DNA from: Schwartzia sp. (in: firmicutes)
GTDB taxonomy: Bacteria > Bacillota > Negativicutes > Selenomonadales > Selenomonadaceae
NCBI GenBank assembly: GCA_017480545.1
Contig: JAFVAI010000012.1
Location: forward strand, 5,452 to 69,451
DNA length: 64,000 bases
Direction: 5' to 3'
Part shown: positions 28,851-37,434 of the stretch, piece after piece
How positions within the stretch are numbered: position 1 is the stretch's first letter
Layout of the letters: every line of letters starts with the position of its first letter
Program-made: the position numbers and the translations under genes
Notes under the pieces: model-generated
Seen by the model: the letters and a program-made list of their open reading frames with translations, nothing else
Told to the model about the DNA's origin: nothing
Databases searched by the model: none

Positions 28851-28903
28851 GCGCCTGCTTTGCAGGCTACAGCCGCGCTAAAGCGCGTCTGACGTCTCAT
28901 GCA
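28851..28903 (+). repeat. 53-bp element X (two short hairpins plus tail). An inverted copy lies at 43508-43560.
   Basis: GCGCCTGCTTTGCAGGCTACAGCCGCGCTAAAGCGCGTCTGACGTCTCATGCA. Its reverse complement matches 43508-43560 at about 50 of 53 positions. Confidence 0.85.
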
Positions 28904-28974
28904 ATCGCAGTAAGGATTTAAAAATCCTAACTGCGATTAGTATCATACAACAGAAACAGATTTCTGTCGAAGGC

Positions 28975-29012
28975 AAAACAAAAACCACCCATTCGCGGGT
29001 GGTTTTTGTTTT
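28975..29012. terminator. Bidirectional rho-independent terminator
   Basis: AAAACAAAAACCACCCATTCGCGGGTGGTTTTTGTTTT next to the esterase gene stop. Confidence 0.8.
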
Positions 29013-29020
29013 GTGTGCTG

Positions 29021-30610
29021 TTATGCGTATCCGTGGCTTTCATACACATACCGCAAATCGTTCAAGTTCTGCGTGTTCCAATCTTTGCGGCACACGCAGC
29101 CTTTGGCGTTCAGCTCCATCGTTTGGCGGTTGTCGGCGGAATATTTTTCCCAATGCGGAATCCATTCATTATCCGGGTTCCCCGTTGCCGCAAATGCTGT
29201 CCACGTCGCTTGGACAATTTTCGCGAAATTCTTGTCGGGATTCGGCACAAAGTTATGTCCCACATTAAAAGTATAAGGCAAGTCTGCCATGTGGCATGAA
29301 CGCAAATTTTCCATCGGCGACTGCTGGCTGAAGAAATAGAAATAAACATCGTCAAATTTGGATTGATATTCCGCCGCCAATTCTTGACCAACGCGCCAAT
29401 CCAACTGATTGATGAAATCCATAAAATTTTCATCCGTATCGGGACGATCATCCAGCCACTTTTTATAAATTTTCTCAATAGCGTCTGCCTTGGATTTTTT
29501 TCTGAACGGAGATATTTCTTTGTAATTTTTGCGGAGGATTTCAAAAAATTCTTCGCCGTAATACAAGAAATAACGATATTCGTCGGCAGTCGTACCCGTC
29601 AAGAATTTGATTCCGCGGGCCGCGCCGTCTTTCAATGCCTGCAAAGGATCGAGCGACAAAAACTTGCCGTCGCAGGTCGGCAAATACGCGCTTGTATTTT
29701 CGGCAAAGTAAAGCTCGCTGAATTTTTCGCAGAGCTGTTCCAGTTCGGCGGCAGATTTTTTCATCATGTCTCCCATGGTTTTTGCGCCGCCCAATTCCAT
29801 AAACCGTTCCGCGAGCTGTGCGGTATATTCCGGCTTGTTATGCATACTCACAGAGCCGGACTGGAAAATCGCTTTGTTGAAAATCCCTTGCGCGGCCGGG
29901 ATGATGGACAGGAACATACAGGATATCGCGCCGGCGCTTTCGCCAAAAATGGTAATGTTGTCCGGATTTCCGCCAAATTCGGAAATGTTTTCTTTGATCC
30001 ACCGGAGCGCCGCAATCTGGTCTTTTGTTCCGAGATAGCCGCCGCAGTCCGCAAACGCCGGATCAATCGCCGCGAAGTTCACAAAGCCGAAAATGTTCAA
30101 ACGATAATTGAAATTGACGAAAACAACGTCGTTCGCCGCCGCGAAATTGCTTCCGTTATAAAGCGGATCGCTGCCGCCGCCGCTTTGGCAGCCGCCGCCA
30201 TGAATAAATACCATGACCGGCAAATTCTTTTTTTCGCCGCGTCTCCAAATATTGAGCGTCAAGCAATCTTCGCTTTGCGGATTTTTTGAGGCGCCTTCAT
30301 TGTCATCCACCAGCTGCATGGGCGCGAATCCCATTTTTGCGGCGTCGAAAGTCTTGCCGGTCGGCTCCGGCTGTTGCGGGGCTTGCCAGCGCAATTTTCC
30401 CACGGGCGGCTTTGCGTATGGAATTCCCAGCCAAGTGTTTACGCCGTTTTTGTCCAGAAAGCCTTTGAACGTGCCGTAACGGGTTTTGACGCTTGCATCC
30501 TCTGCGGCAGAAACTTTTTCGCTTGGCAGAATCCCGGCCGCGCTGAAAGCCAAAGCGCTTACAGCGGCGGTTTTGATAAATTCCCTGCGGGTCAAGTCTT
30601 GTTTCATCAT
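29021..30610 (-). CDS. Type-B carboxylesterase/lipase with Tat-type signal
   Basis: TRREFIKTAAVSALAFSAAG signal, FGESAGA nucleophile elbow, HGGG oxyanion motif. The ATG at 30610 follows AAGGAG. Confidence 0.88.
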   Translation of the reverse strand: MMKQDLTRREFIKTAAVSALAFSAAGILPSEKVSAAEDASVKTRYGTFKGFLDKNGVNTWLGIPYAKPPVGKLRWQAPQQPEPTGKTFDAAKMGFAPMQLVDDNEGASKNPQSEDCLTLNIWRRGEKKNLPVMVFIHGGGCQSGGGSDPLYNGSNFAAANDVVFVNFNYRLNIFGFVNFAAIDPAFADCGGYLGTKDQIAALRWIKENISEFGGNPDNITIFGESAGAISCMFLSIIPAAQGIFNKAIFQSGSVSMHNKPEYTAQLAERFMELGGAKTMGDMMKKSAAELEQLCEKFSELYFAENTSAYLPTCDGKFLSLDPLQALKDGAARGIKFLTGTTADEYRYFLYYGEEFFEILRKNYKEISPFRKKSKADAIEKIYKKWLDDRPDTDENFMDFINQLDWRVGQELAAEYQSKFDDVYFYFFSQQSPMENLRSCHMADLPYTFNVGHNFVPNPDKNFAKIVQATWTAFAATGNPDNEWIPHWEKYSADNRQTMELNAKGCVCRKDWNTQNLNDLRYVYESHGYA

Positions 30611-30649
30611 CGTTCTCCTTTTATATTCCAATGTCAGGCAGGCCGAAAA

Positions 30650-32449
30650 TCACTTGCCGGATTGGATCGGCAAAAGCATATAATATTTTGTCAGCAAATA
30701 GCTCCTGTCCCAGTCCACGATTTTCCTCTCGGCCTCTTTTTCCGGATGGATGTCAAACTCGTCGAGAACCATCACGCTCTTGTCCTTCAGGTCATAGAGC
30801 GGCCACTCCTTCGCCTTGCCGTCCGGGGAAAGCTCCGCGCCGAGGGACGGGCTGCCGGTTTTCGCGAACTGCACCCACATCTTTCGCATAGTCTTGGAGA
30901 AGGTTTCGTCAAAAACTCTCCCCGTGTCGCCGGTCATCTCCGGGTGATTGAAAACCGACGCCAGCTCTATCGAATGTCCGCATTTCATGATCGGCAAAGA
31001 AGACTCGGGCGTGAAGTAGTAGGTATAAGATTTGCCGCCGGCCTTGGTCTGGGCCTCCGACAATTTGAATATGGGGTCAATAAACCAGATATGGCTGAAA
31101 AAGCGGCTGTCCTTTTCGTAGCTTTCGCCCTTCGCATCCCTCTCGAAACTCTCCACAAGTTTCTTGTCTTTTTCTGGCAACCCGGCCAGCCATTTCGACT
31201 TGCGGTCGGCGGCCCATGCCTTGAACCCTTCCACGCCGAAGCCGTACACGAAGAAATCAAATTCATCCTTGTTGCAGCCCTGGAGGAACGCTATATCCTT
31301 CGCCGCGCCGTTCTCGTAAGCCGCGTAGGTGTCCAGGGGCAGATGCCTGCTGTCCCTTTCCGGGAACTGGCGCAGGGTGAGCGCGGCTGACGCCTCGAAA
31401 ACCTTTTGGGCGTCCACCTTCTGCAAATCGCGCACGGTCTTGCAGCCGAGGATTTCCATCAGCTCATTCGTGCAGCTGATGGCTTCTTCCGCCGACCTCG
31501 TCTGGTTCGGGGAGCCGCTTTGGGCAATGACCCGCTTGAAATACGCGTGGGAGCCATTCATCAGCGGCAGCAAAGTACAGCTCCCCGCGCCCGCGGATTC
31601 ACCGAAGATCGTCACATTGCCGGGATCGCCGCCGAAGCCCGCGATGTTCTCATGCACCCACTGCAAGGCCATCAGCTGGTCCAACAGCCCCAAGTTCTGC
31701 GCGTCGGGGTAATCCGCACCGTCCGGCAGGTGGGACAAGTGGAGGAAGCCGAAGGGGCCAAGCCGGTACGCGACGGTAACGACGATGACGTCCGGATTCT
31801 CTTTCACGAAATTGTGGCAGTCAAACATGGGATCGACCGTCCCGCCCGCTTCAAACGCGCCGCCGTGAATCCAAACCATGACCGGCTTCTTTTGGGCGGA
31901 AGTCTCGTCCGCTTTCCACACGTTCAGATACAGGCAGTCCTCGTCTTGGTAGAAAAGGGATCCCGTTTCCAACTGCTCGTTCCCGTAGGCGCTTTTCGCG
32001 TTGTAATACGCTTCGTATACGCCGTCGTCGGGCCGGGCGTCCACCGGGGCTTTCCAACGCAGTTCCCCGGATGGCTGCTTGCCGACGAAGGGAATGCCCC
32101 GGTACGCGATGATATTTTCCGTTTTCTTGCCGACAAAAGTGCCGTTGACGCACTTGACCGCCAGCGACTTGTCATATTCGCCGTCGGTGATGCGTTTGTT
32201 CTCGCCGTACTGGGCGCGAAGCATCGCTCTCGCCTCGTTGATTGCCTGCATCAGTTCTTCTTTGCTCATCTCGCTCATGGTTTCACCTCTCCCAAAATCT
32301 TTTGCCTCTTGCTGCGCCTCCGCAGCCTCGACGCAACTCTGCCCGCCCTGCGGCAGAAGACCCGCGGGCGCCCCCCACAGCACGGAAAGCGGCAGCAAAA
32401 ACGCCGCCAGCCTTTTCTTCCATGATCTTGAAAAATGTACACGTTTCAT
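30650..32449 (-). CDS. Type-B carboxylesterase/lipase, secreted paralogue
   Basis: Signal-like N-terminus, IHGGAF, FGESAGA. The ATG at 32449 follows GGGAGG. Confidence 0.88.
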   Translation of the reverse strand: MKRVHFSRSWKKRLAAFLLPLSVLWGAPAGLLPQGGQSCVEAAEAQQEAKDFGRGETMSEMSKEELMQAINEARAMLRAQYGENKRITDGEYDKSLAVKCVNGTFVGKKTENIIAYRGIPFVGKQPSGELRWKAPVDARPDDGVYEAYYNAKSAYGNEQLETGSLFYQDEDCLYLNVWKADETSAQKKPVMVWIHGGAFEAGGTVDPMFDCHNFVKENPDVIVVTVAYRLGPFGFLHLSHLPDGADYPDAQNLGLLDQLMALQWVHENIAGFGGDPGNVTIFGESAGAGSCTLLPLMNGSHAYFKRVIAQSGSPNQTRSAEEAISCTNELMEILGCKTVRDLQKVDAQKVFEASAALTLRQFPERDSRHLPLDTYAAYENGAAKDIAFLQGCNKDEFDFFVYGFGVEGFKAWAADRKSKWLAGLPEKDKKLVESFERDAKGESYEKDSRFFSHIWFIDPIFKLSEAQTKAGGKSYTYYFTPESSLPIMKCGHSIELASVFNHPEMTGDTGRVFDETFSKTMRKMWVQFAKTGSPSLGAELSPDGKAKEWPLYDLKDKSVMVLDEFDIHPEKEAERKIVDWDRSYLLTKYYMLLPIQSGK

Positions 32450-32553
32450 CAAAATGCCTCCCTGTTGGAACAATTCGCCAAGCACACCGCTTTTTCCTGC
32501 AAAACAGGGGCTGCCGCATAAAGAAAATTCTTCGTGCGGCAGCCCCTGTTTTT

Positions 32554-34140
32554 TTACCCTCGATACGAAATCTCACACTCAAACAGCCGGTCCCAAGGAT
32601 AGGTCAGACGAATTTTGTCAAGAGCAAAGGGGAAACCGTCGGGGAGCGCGATATTCTTTTTGGCAAACTCGACGATGAGCCGAGTGCCTTCCGCGATCAT
32701 CGCTTCGTTTTTCTCCTTCAGGTTCATCCCATCGCCGTCCCCCGGCAAAGACGACATATAGCCCCACAGAGCTTGGCGCACGTTGGCCTGATAGCCCCAG
32801 TCATCGAGGCAACGGGTGAGCATCCGCTCTTTCGCGTCGGCTTCTTGCATGTGCCGCCCCAAAAGCGCGTCGCCGATCAGAAAACCGGTGGTATTGGTGG
32901 CGGTGTTCCAACCGCCGTAAGCTTTGAGCCGGAAGAGCAGATTTTCCTTGGAGAGGATCGCCATGAGCGCGTTATCGGCGCCATTGCCGTAAGCAATATC
33001 CGCCACCGCCACGGGGTACTCCTTTTGGAGAAAATCCCTGACCATGTTTACAAAGGGCGCTGTTCCTTGACGAGGTTTCCGTGTGTTTTCGGGACTGTTG
33101 GCATCCACAAGGCGTCCAGTGTAGTCGGTGCTGATGGCGAAAATCATTTCCGCGCGGCTTGGCTCCGATACCGGCATGGCTCCGGCGGCGTGCAGGGAAG
33201 CGTCCATATCGTCGCCGATGGTTTCGCTGGTGTATTTGGGAACGATGTCCCGGCCTTCGCCCACGTTGTAAGCCGTATAAACGAAAGGAATATCGCCCCG
33301 CAAATCATGGATGGCGCGGCAGAGCATGAGCATGCCCAGCTCGTCGGCGCCCGAAAGAACCTGGAAGCGGCTCGTACCGACATCCCCGCCGTACGCGCGG
33401 ATATGACGCATTTCGTAATGGGTTTGGGAGTACTTGGCGCCGTCGTCCCCGCCCAGCAGGAAGAAGGTGAACACCCCGTCCCGCGTTAAATCCGTCAAGT
33501 ATTCATTGGCGCGGTAATTCATGATGTGGCGGTTTTCCCAAGCGTTCATCACTTCCTTGGGAATGGCGGCTTCGGCTTTCTTGAGCTTGCGGCGTTCGCT
33601 GCCTTTGGCCACGCCCATGTCCGTCTTGTCCCGCCAGACGGAGTAGTCATAGATCTGCATGGCGTATTTTTGGTAATCCGCCGGCTCCATGCCGCCGGAA
33701 TGGCTCGGGCTGCTGAGAGTGCGCAGGAGCGTCCCGAAGGCGTACAACCGCAGGCGGGGAAATTTCCGGCGCAGTTCCCGAAACTTCTCGGCTCTGGCCA
33801 GGATCTGGTTTTCGTCCAAGTCATGGTTGCGGGAATTCACCAAGCTGCCATAGAGCATAGCGTCGGTGGAAATCACCGCCGCCTTGGCCGCAGGCGCTTC
33901 ACGCTCCAGCCACCGCCACAGCCCTTCGCTGTCCCCCGTCCTGTCCCGGCCTCCCAAAAGTTCATCCGGGGGCAGAACCATATCGTAGCCGAGCTTCGCC
34001 CCGGCCTCCCAAGTTTCCCGGCAGGTAATGGGCCGATTATCCAAAGGGATAAAGATGATTTTTTCCGCGGCCATAGCGCCCGCCTGCGCAAAGAGCAACA
34101 GAAACACGGCGAAAATGAAGCCGCCGATGATTTTTTGCAA
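32554..34140 (-). CDS. DUF4127 family protein (secreted)
   Basis: IIFIPLDNRPIT N-terminal motif after a signal peptide. The start is uncertain: TTG at 34140 after GGGAGG, while the track ORF begins at 34176. Confidence 0.7.
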   Translation of the reverse strand: MQKIIGGFIFAVFLLLFAQAGAMAAEKIIFIPLDNRPITCRETWEAGAKLGYDMVLPPDELLGGRDRTGDSEGLWRWLEREAPAAKAAVISTDAMLYGSLVNSRNHDLDENQILARAEKFRELRRKFPRLRLYAFGTLLRTLSSPSHSGGMEPADYQKYAMQIYDYSVWRDKTDMGVAKGSERRKLKKAEAAIPKEVMNAWENRHIMNYRANEYLTDLTRDGVFTFFLLGGDDGAKYSQTHYEMRHIRAYGGDVGTSRFQVLSGADELGMLMLCRAIHDLRGDIPFVYTAYNVGEGRDIVPKYTSETIGDDMDASLHAAGAMPVSEPSRAEMIFAISTDYTGRLVDANSPENTRKPRQGTAPFVNMVRDFLQKEYPVAVADIAYGNGADNALMAILSKENLLFRLKAYGGWNTATNTTGFLIGDALLGRHMQEADAKERMLTRCLDDWGYQANVRQALWGYMSSLPGDGDGMNLKEKNEAMIAEGTRLIVEFAKKNIALPDGFPFALDKIRLTYPWDRLFECEISYRG

Positions 34141-34221
34141 TTTTGACACCTCCCGATATTGACAACAGAAATGCAAGGGGAAAAGCGTTTCCGCCTGTGC
34201 CTGCGGCGATGCCGACGAATT

Positions 34222-34878
34222 TCATCCCTGCGCGAGCACCGCCTCCGCGTACAGCCGGACGCCGCTTCCGCCGTTGGGATGGATGAAATCCACCAGATAA
34301 TCCTCCGGCGAGGATCGCGCGAACTGCCGGGCGATATACCCGTTGGCATCAACAAAAACGTCGCCCGTTTCCCCGCACCATGCCCCGAGCGCGTCCGTGT
34401 ACCGCCGGTACGCCGACTCCATGTCGGAAGGGACAACGCCTCCGATGACTCCGGCATCCCCGTCTGTCGCGAGCCACGGGGCGATGAAGACAAAGGCCGC
34501 GTCCGGGCGGCGCCCGCAAATCGCGTCACGGATTTTTTGGAGATTTTGGACATACCCGGTCGCTGTCGTCGCGCAAAACAGCGGATCCCTGAAAAGGATG
34601 TCGTTGGCGCCGACAGCGATGACATAAAGGGCGGCCGCCGCCCGGACAATCGACGGCAGGAAGTATTCCAACAGGATTTTCGTGGTGGCTCCGCCCTGGG
34701 AGATGTTGACGATGTTCCCGCGCATCCCGGGGCGGACGGGCTCGTACCACGGGACGCCGCCGTTCATTGTCCCTTCGGTCAGGGAATCGCCGACGAAGCA
34801 GACGGATTCCGCGTCCCGCAACAGCAGGAAGAGGCGGCTGCCCTCCATTTCCTCCGTCAGAAAATCATTTGTTTCCAT
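34222..34878 (-). CDS. SGNH/GDSL family hydrolase
   Basis: FVGDSLTEG block I, GANDI block III, DFIHPN block V. Confidence 0.85.
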   Translation of the reverse strand: METNDFLTEEMEGSRLFLLLRDAESVCFVGDSLTEGTMNGGVPWYEPVRPGMRGNIVNISQGGATTKILLEYFLPSIVRAAAALYVIAVGANDILFRDPLFCATTATGYVQNLQKIRDAICGRRPDAAFVFIAPWLATDGDAGVIGGVVPSDMESAYRRYTDALGAWCGETGDVFVDANGYIARQFARSSPEDYLVDFIHPNGGSGVRLYAEAVLAQG

Positions 34879-35117
34879 GCTCCGCTCCTATCCTCCCAGG
34901 TCGGGGCAGGCCTCGGATGGCCCATCTTGCACTTTCCCCTGTCGCAGCCTCCTCCCCGTCATCTGCCGTCAGCCGCGCGTAGCGCCACCGATTGCCGAGC
35001 CTAGCCGTATTATATCACGGAATGATGGAATTGAACGAGAAAACATTGACAGAATGTTTTTTATTTGCGTACCTGCGGCTTTCCGGTGGCACGGCCAGCC
35101 TTGTCTGCCGCGAAAGG

Positions 35118-35492
35118 ATGCCCCAAACGGAGAATACCGCGACGCCGGGCCTGCCGATCAATCCGTCCGTAAAGCAGTAGGCGGAGCAAATATTGCCGAA
35201 TCTCGGCATTCCTTTGGCGACCGCGATTGACATTTATCTCCGGCAAATTGCAATCGCCGGAGGCATTCCGTTTTCTATTCGCGTGGCTCCCGTACCGGAT
35301 ACGATAAACGCCGATAGGATGAGCGCAGACGAAATCAACCAGTCGCTTGAAGCCGGGGATCGGGACGCCATATCCGCCACACAAGGGATGCGGAAATCAT
35401 GGCGGCGCAGGGATAAATTCTTTTATAACGCAAGGGGCGCGGCGGTTTTGCCATGCCCCATTCCTTGCTTTTTATGCTTTCCTGCTTTATGA
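35118..35492 (+). pseudogene. RelB/DinJ-family antitoxin remnant interrupted by an in-frame TAG (35178-35180). No partner toxin gene.
   Basis: INPSVKQ-stop-AEQILPNLGIPLATAIDIYLRQIAIAGGIPFSI matches the DinJ/RelB ribbon-helix-helix core. The reading frame then runs through a hairpin and the next cassette promoter, so the native 3-prime end is lost. Confidence 0.5.
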
Positions 35493-35493
35493 T
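35465..35493 (+). promoter_or_regulatory. Promoter of AbrB-PIN cassette 1 (TTGCTT-17-TATGAT) with flanking inverted repeat
   Basis: Hexamers read directly. The same arrangement is conserved at 40352-40380. CTTG...CAAG inverted repeats bracket the -10 (candidate operator). Confidence 0.55.
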
Positions 35494-35526
35494 ATACATA
35501 CAAGAATGAAGAGGGGGGTGTTCTCC

Positions 35527-35862
35527 ATGTTGGCGGAAATCATGGGCAGCGGGCAAATCGCTTTGCCGCCTGCCCTTATGAATCAACTGGAATGGAAAAT
35601 CGGGGACAAATTAAACATGATTGTGGAAAATGGCGAACTGCGCTTGCGCGGCGCCGAAAAGCCCGCGAAAAAAGAGTTTTTTTATATCGACAATGAAAAC
35701 GAGACGAATCCCGCCCTTCTGGCTTTGGAAGAATTAGCGCAAGCCTGCAAGGGTGCAGCCGAAGAGGCAGGTTTCAAAAACGAGGAAGAGGCACACCGAT
35801 ATATAAAAGAAGTGATTCGTCCGCAAGTGTGGGAGAAATACAATGCTGCGCGTAATGCTTGA
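35527..35862 (+). CDS. AbrB/MazE/SpoVT-type antitoxin
   Basis: GQIALPPALMNQLEWKIGDKLNMIVENGELRL swapped-hairpin motif. Overlaps the downstream PIN gene by 20 nt. Confidence 0.75.
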   Translation: MLAEIMGSGQIALPPALMNQLEWKIGDKLNMIVENGELRLRGAEKPAKKEFFYIDNENETNPALLALEELAQACKGAAEEAGFKNEEEAHRYIKEVIRPQVWEKYNAARNA

Positions 35863-36250
35863 CACCAACATATTGGTGTCAATGGCATTTTATCCCGCTC
35901 CAACAGTGAGCCGATTCTTTGGCGTACTCCATGCCGATCATAAAGCCGTGCTTTGTGAATATGTCATAGACGAGTTTCGGCGGATTGCACAACAAAAATT
36001 TCATGTTCACGATTCTGTCATTGAAACATTTCTGCACAAATTCCCCTATGAATTTGTGGCAACTTCTCAACCGGATGGATCTCTTGCCCTTCCGAAAATC
36101 CTCGATGAAAATGACGCACCGATTCTCGCCACAGCCATTCTGGAAGATGTGGACATCCTCGTAACAGGCGACAAGGATTTCTTGGTGCTTGACCTTCCAA
36201 AGCCGAAAATTATGACCATGGCAGAATTTATTGAAGCGTTTGCATCTTAA
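35843..36250 (+). CDS. PIN-domain toxin
   Basis: MLDTNILVS, DENDAPILATAI, LVTGDKDF acidic residues of the PIN fold. Confidence 0.85.
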   Translation: MLRVMLDTNILVSMAFYPAPTVSRFFGVLHADHKAVLCEYVIDEFRRIAQQKFHVHDSVIETFLHKFPYEFVATSQPDGSLALPKILDENDAPILATAILEDVDILVTGDKDFLVLDLPKPKIMTMAEFIEAFAS

Positions 36251-36288
36251 TAATGATTAGCAAAAGAAAGGGGCATGGCGGTTTCTCC

Positions 36289-36317
36289 TTGACTTTCATA
36301 CGATGGTATGATAGCAT
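36289..36317 (+). promoter_or_regulatory. Candidate sigma-70-type promoter TTGACT-17-(TG-n-)TAGCAT
   Basis: Read directly. Lies immediately downstream of the truncated hairpin after PIN gene 1 and upstream of the tandem repeats. Confidence 0.45.
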
Positions 36318-36323
36318 GAGTAT

Positions 36324-36525
36324 AGAGGAAGCAGGCTTATCCTGCTGGTGCGGCTGACACCCAAACCCGAAAAACACACCGAACGTATGAAGCGGTCAGT
36401 TGGCTGGCAACGGAAAAACCAGAAGCAAAGCCGGATATAAAGCCGGATGGTTGGCGGGCAACGGAAAAATCAGCCACTAGAGGCGGCGGACAACACTGCG
36501 GTGCTGTAGCCGCCTCTTAAATTTT
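36324..36525 (+). ncRNA. Candidate small RNA: stem-loops, two tandem repeats, and a terminal GC-rich hairpin (36479-36517) followed by TAAATTTT
   Basis: No ORF is present. The promoter is upstream. The AGAGGCGGC...GCCGCCTCT hairpin with a T-tract sits just before the RBS of the next ORF. Boundaries are inferred. Confidence 0.3.
36387..36478 (+). repeat. Two tandem copies (period about 50-51 nt) of AxxAAGCxGGxxxGTTGGCKGGCAACGGAAAAAYCAG
   Basis: Units start at 36387 and 36437 and are about 80% identical over about 41 nt. Confidence 0.7.
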
Positions 36526-36536
36526 CAGGGGGATAT

Positions 36537-37150
36537 ATGTCCATCACCAAAAAAGAAGCGCTTACAATCTTGTCGCGATGCGCGAAGATTTATGACGAAC
36601 AGCTTCGGAACAAAAACCTGTTGTTCTTGCTTATGGACAAGCAGCAGACAGTACACAGTCTTGAAACCATTTTCCTGTCCAGGAATTTCAAACACCTCAC
36701 CGGATTAGCCAGTCCGTTAGGCGCAAATAGATTCTTTGAGAAAATCCTTGCGCGTCAGCTTGGGCTGAATGAGTTTGACTTCAAAGACGATGGAACAACT
36801 GAATTGAAGCTGAAGATTCTGCCCACCTTGATGAGCAAAAATCTTTCCGCGAACATGGCCGGAAATTTCGCAGGGAAAACCGCAAAACTATATATACCGA
36901 GAAAATTGCCGGAAGATTAAACGGGAGTATGGGATTTGTTTTTGATGAAAATGCAAAGCGGTACGTTCCCAATACGGTACTGCATGAGGATATGAGGGAT
37001 ATGGTTTCCGTATTGTACCGTGTTGTTGCGACTTATCGCAAAAATATTAAGGATATTCAATATTCTGAGGTTGTTTATGCCGCAAAGCAAGTAGACTTCG
37101 ATTCTCTTGTTTTTCCGGCTGAAATTGCATATTTGCAAAGGTTGATATAA
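36537..37150 (+). pseudogene. Hypothetical nuclease-like gene split by a frameshift (127-aa ORF 36537-36920 plus 73-aa ORF 36929-37150)
   Basis: The second frame is open back to about 36860 (…YTEKIAGRLNGSMGFVFDENAKRYVPNTVL), so the two ORFs read as one about 200-aa protein. The FKHLTGL motif resembles phage Barnase/EndoU/RelE-like (PBECR-type) families, from memory only. Confidence 0.45.
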
Positions 37151-37156
37151 TTCCAA

Positions 37157-37196
37157 AGAAAAGGGGCATGGCGGCTTTGCCATGCCCCTTTTCTTT
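37157..37196. terminator. Bidirectional terminator AAAGGGGCATGGCGGCTTTGCCATGCCCCTTTT
   Basis: Perfect GC-rich stem flanked by A- and T-runs between convergent genes. Confidence 0.85.
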
Positions 37197-37207
37197 TGCA
37201 CTCGTTT

Positions 37208-37414
37208 TTAGATTTTGCAAACATACTCCTTACAGCTTGCCGCGGCGGGCTTTTTCACGCCGTATTTCTTGCACACGTTCATCGCCTTGTCGTCGTACTC
37301 CCAAAAGCCGCCGACGGTGTTCTTCGGCCGGATTGCTGCGCCTGCGGGATCGAACCAATGTTGGCAGAACGCGCAGAAGCGCGCGGTTGTTTTGACGTTG
37401 ACGGTTCGCATCAT
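37208..37414 (-). CDS. Small Cys-rich hypothetical protein (68 aa)
   Basis: CAFCQHW...C...C..YVC pattern. Last gene of the AAA+ operon. Starts 20 nt after the upstream gene's stop. Confidence 0.55.
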   Translation of the reverse strand: MMRTVNVKTTARFCAFCQHWFDPAGAAIRPKNTVGGFWEYDDKAMNVCKKYGVKKPAAASCKEYVCKI

Positions 37415-37434
37415 GATGATCTACCTCGTTGCGT

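Noticed and set aside
35178-35180. In-frame TAG in the dinJ-like gene as a recoded (pyrrolysine-type) codon
   Set aside because: No pyl genes or PYLIS-like context are present. The gene also lacks a proper 3-prime end and a partner toxin, so simple decay is the economical explanation.
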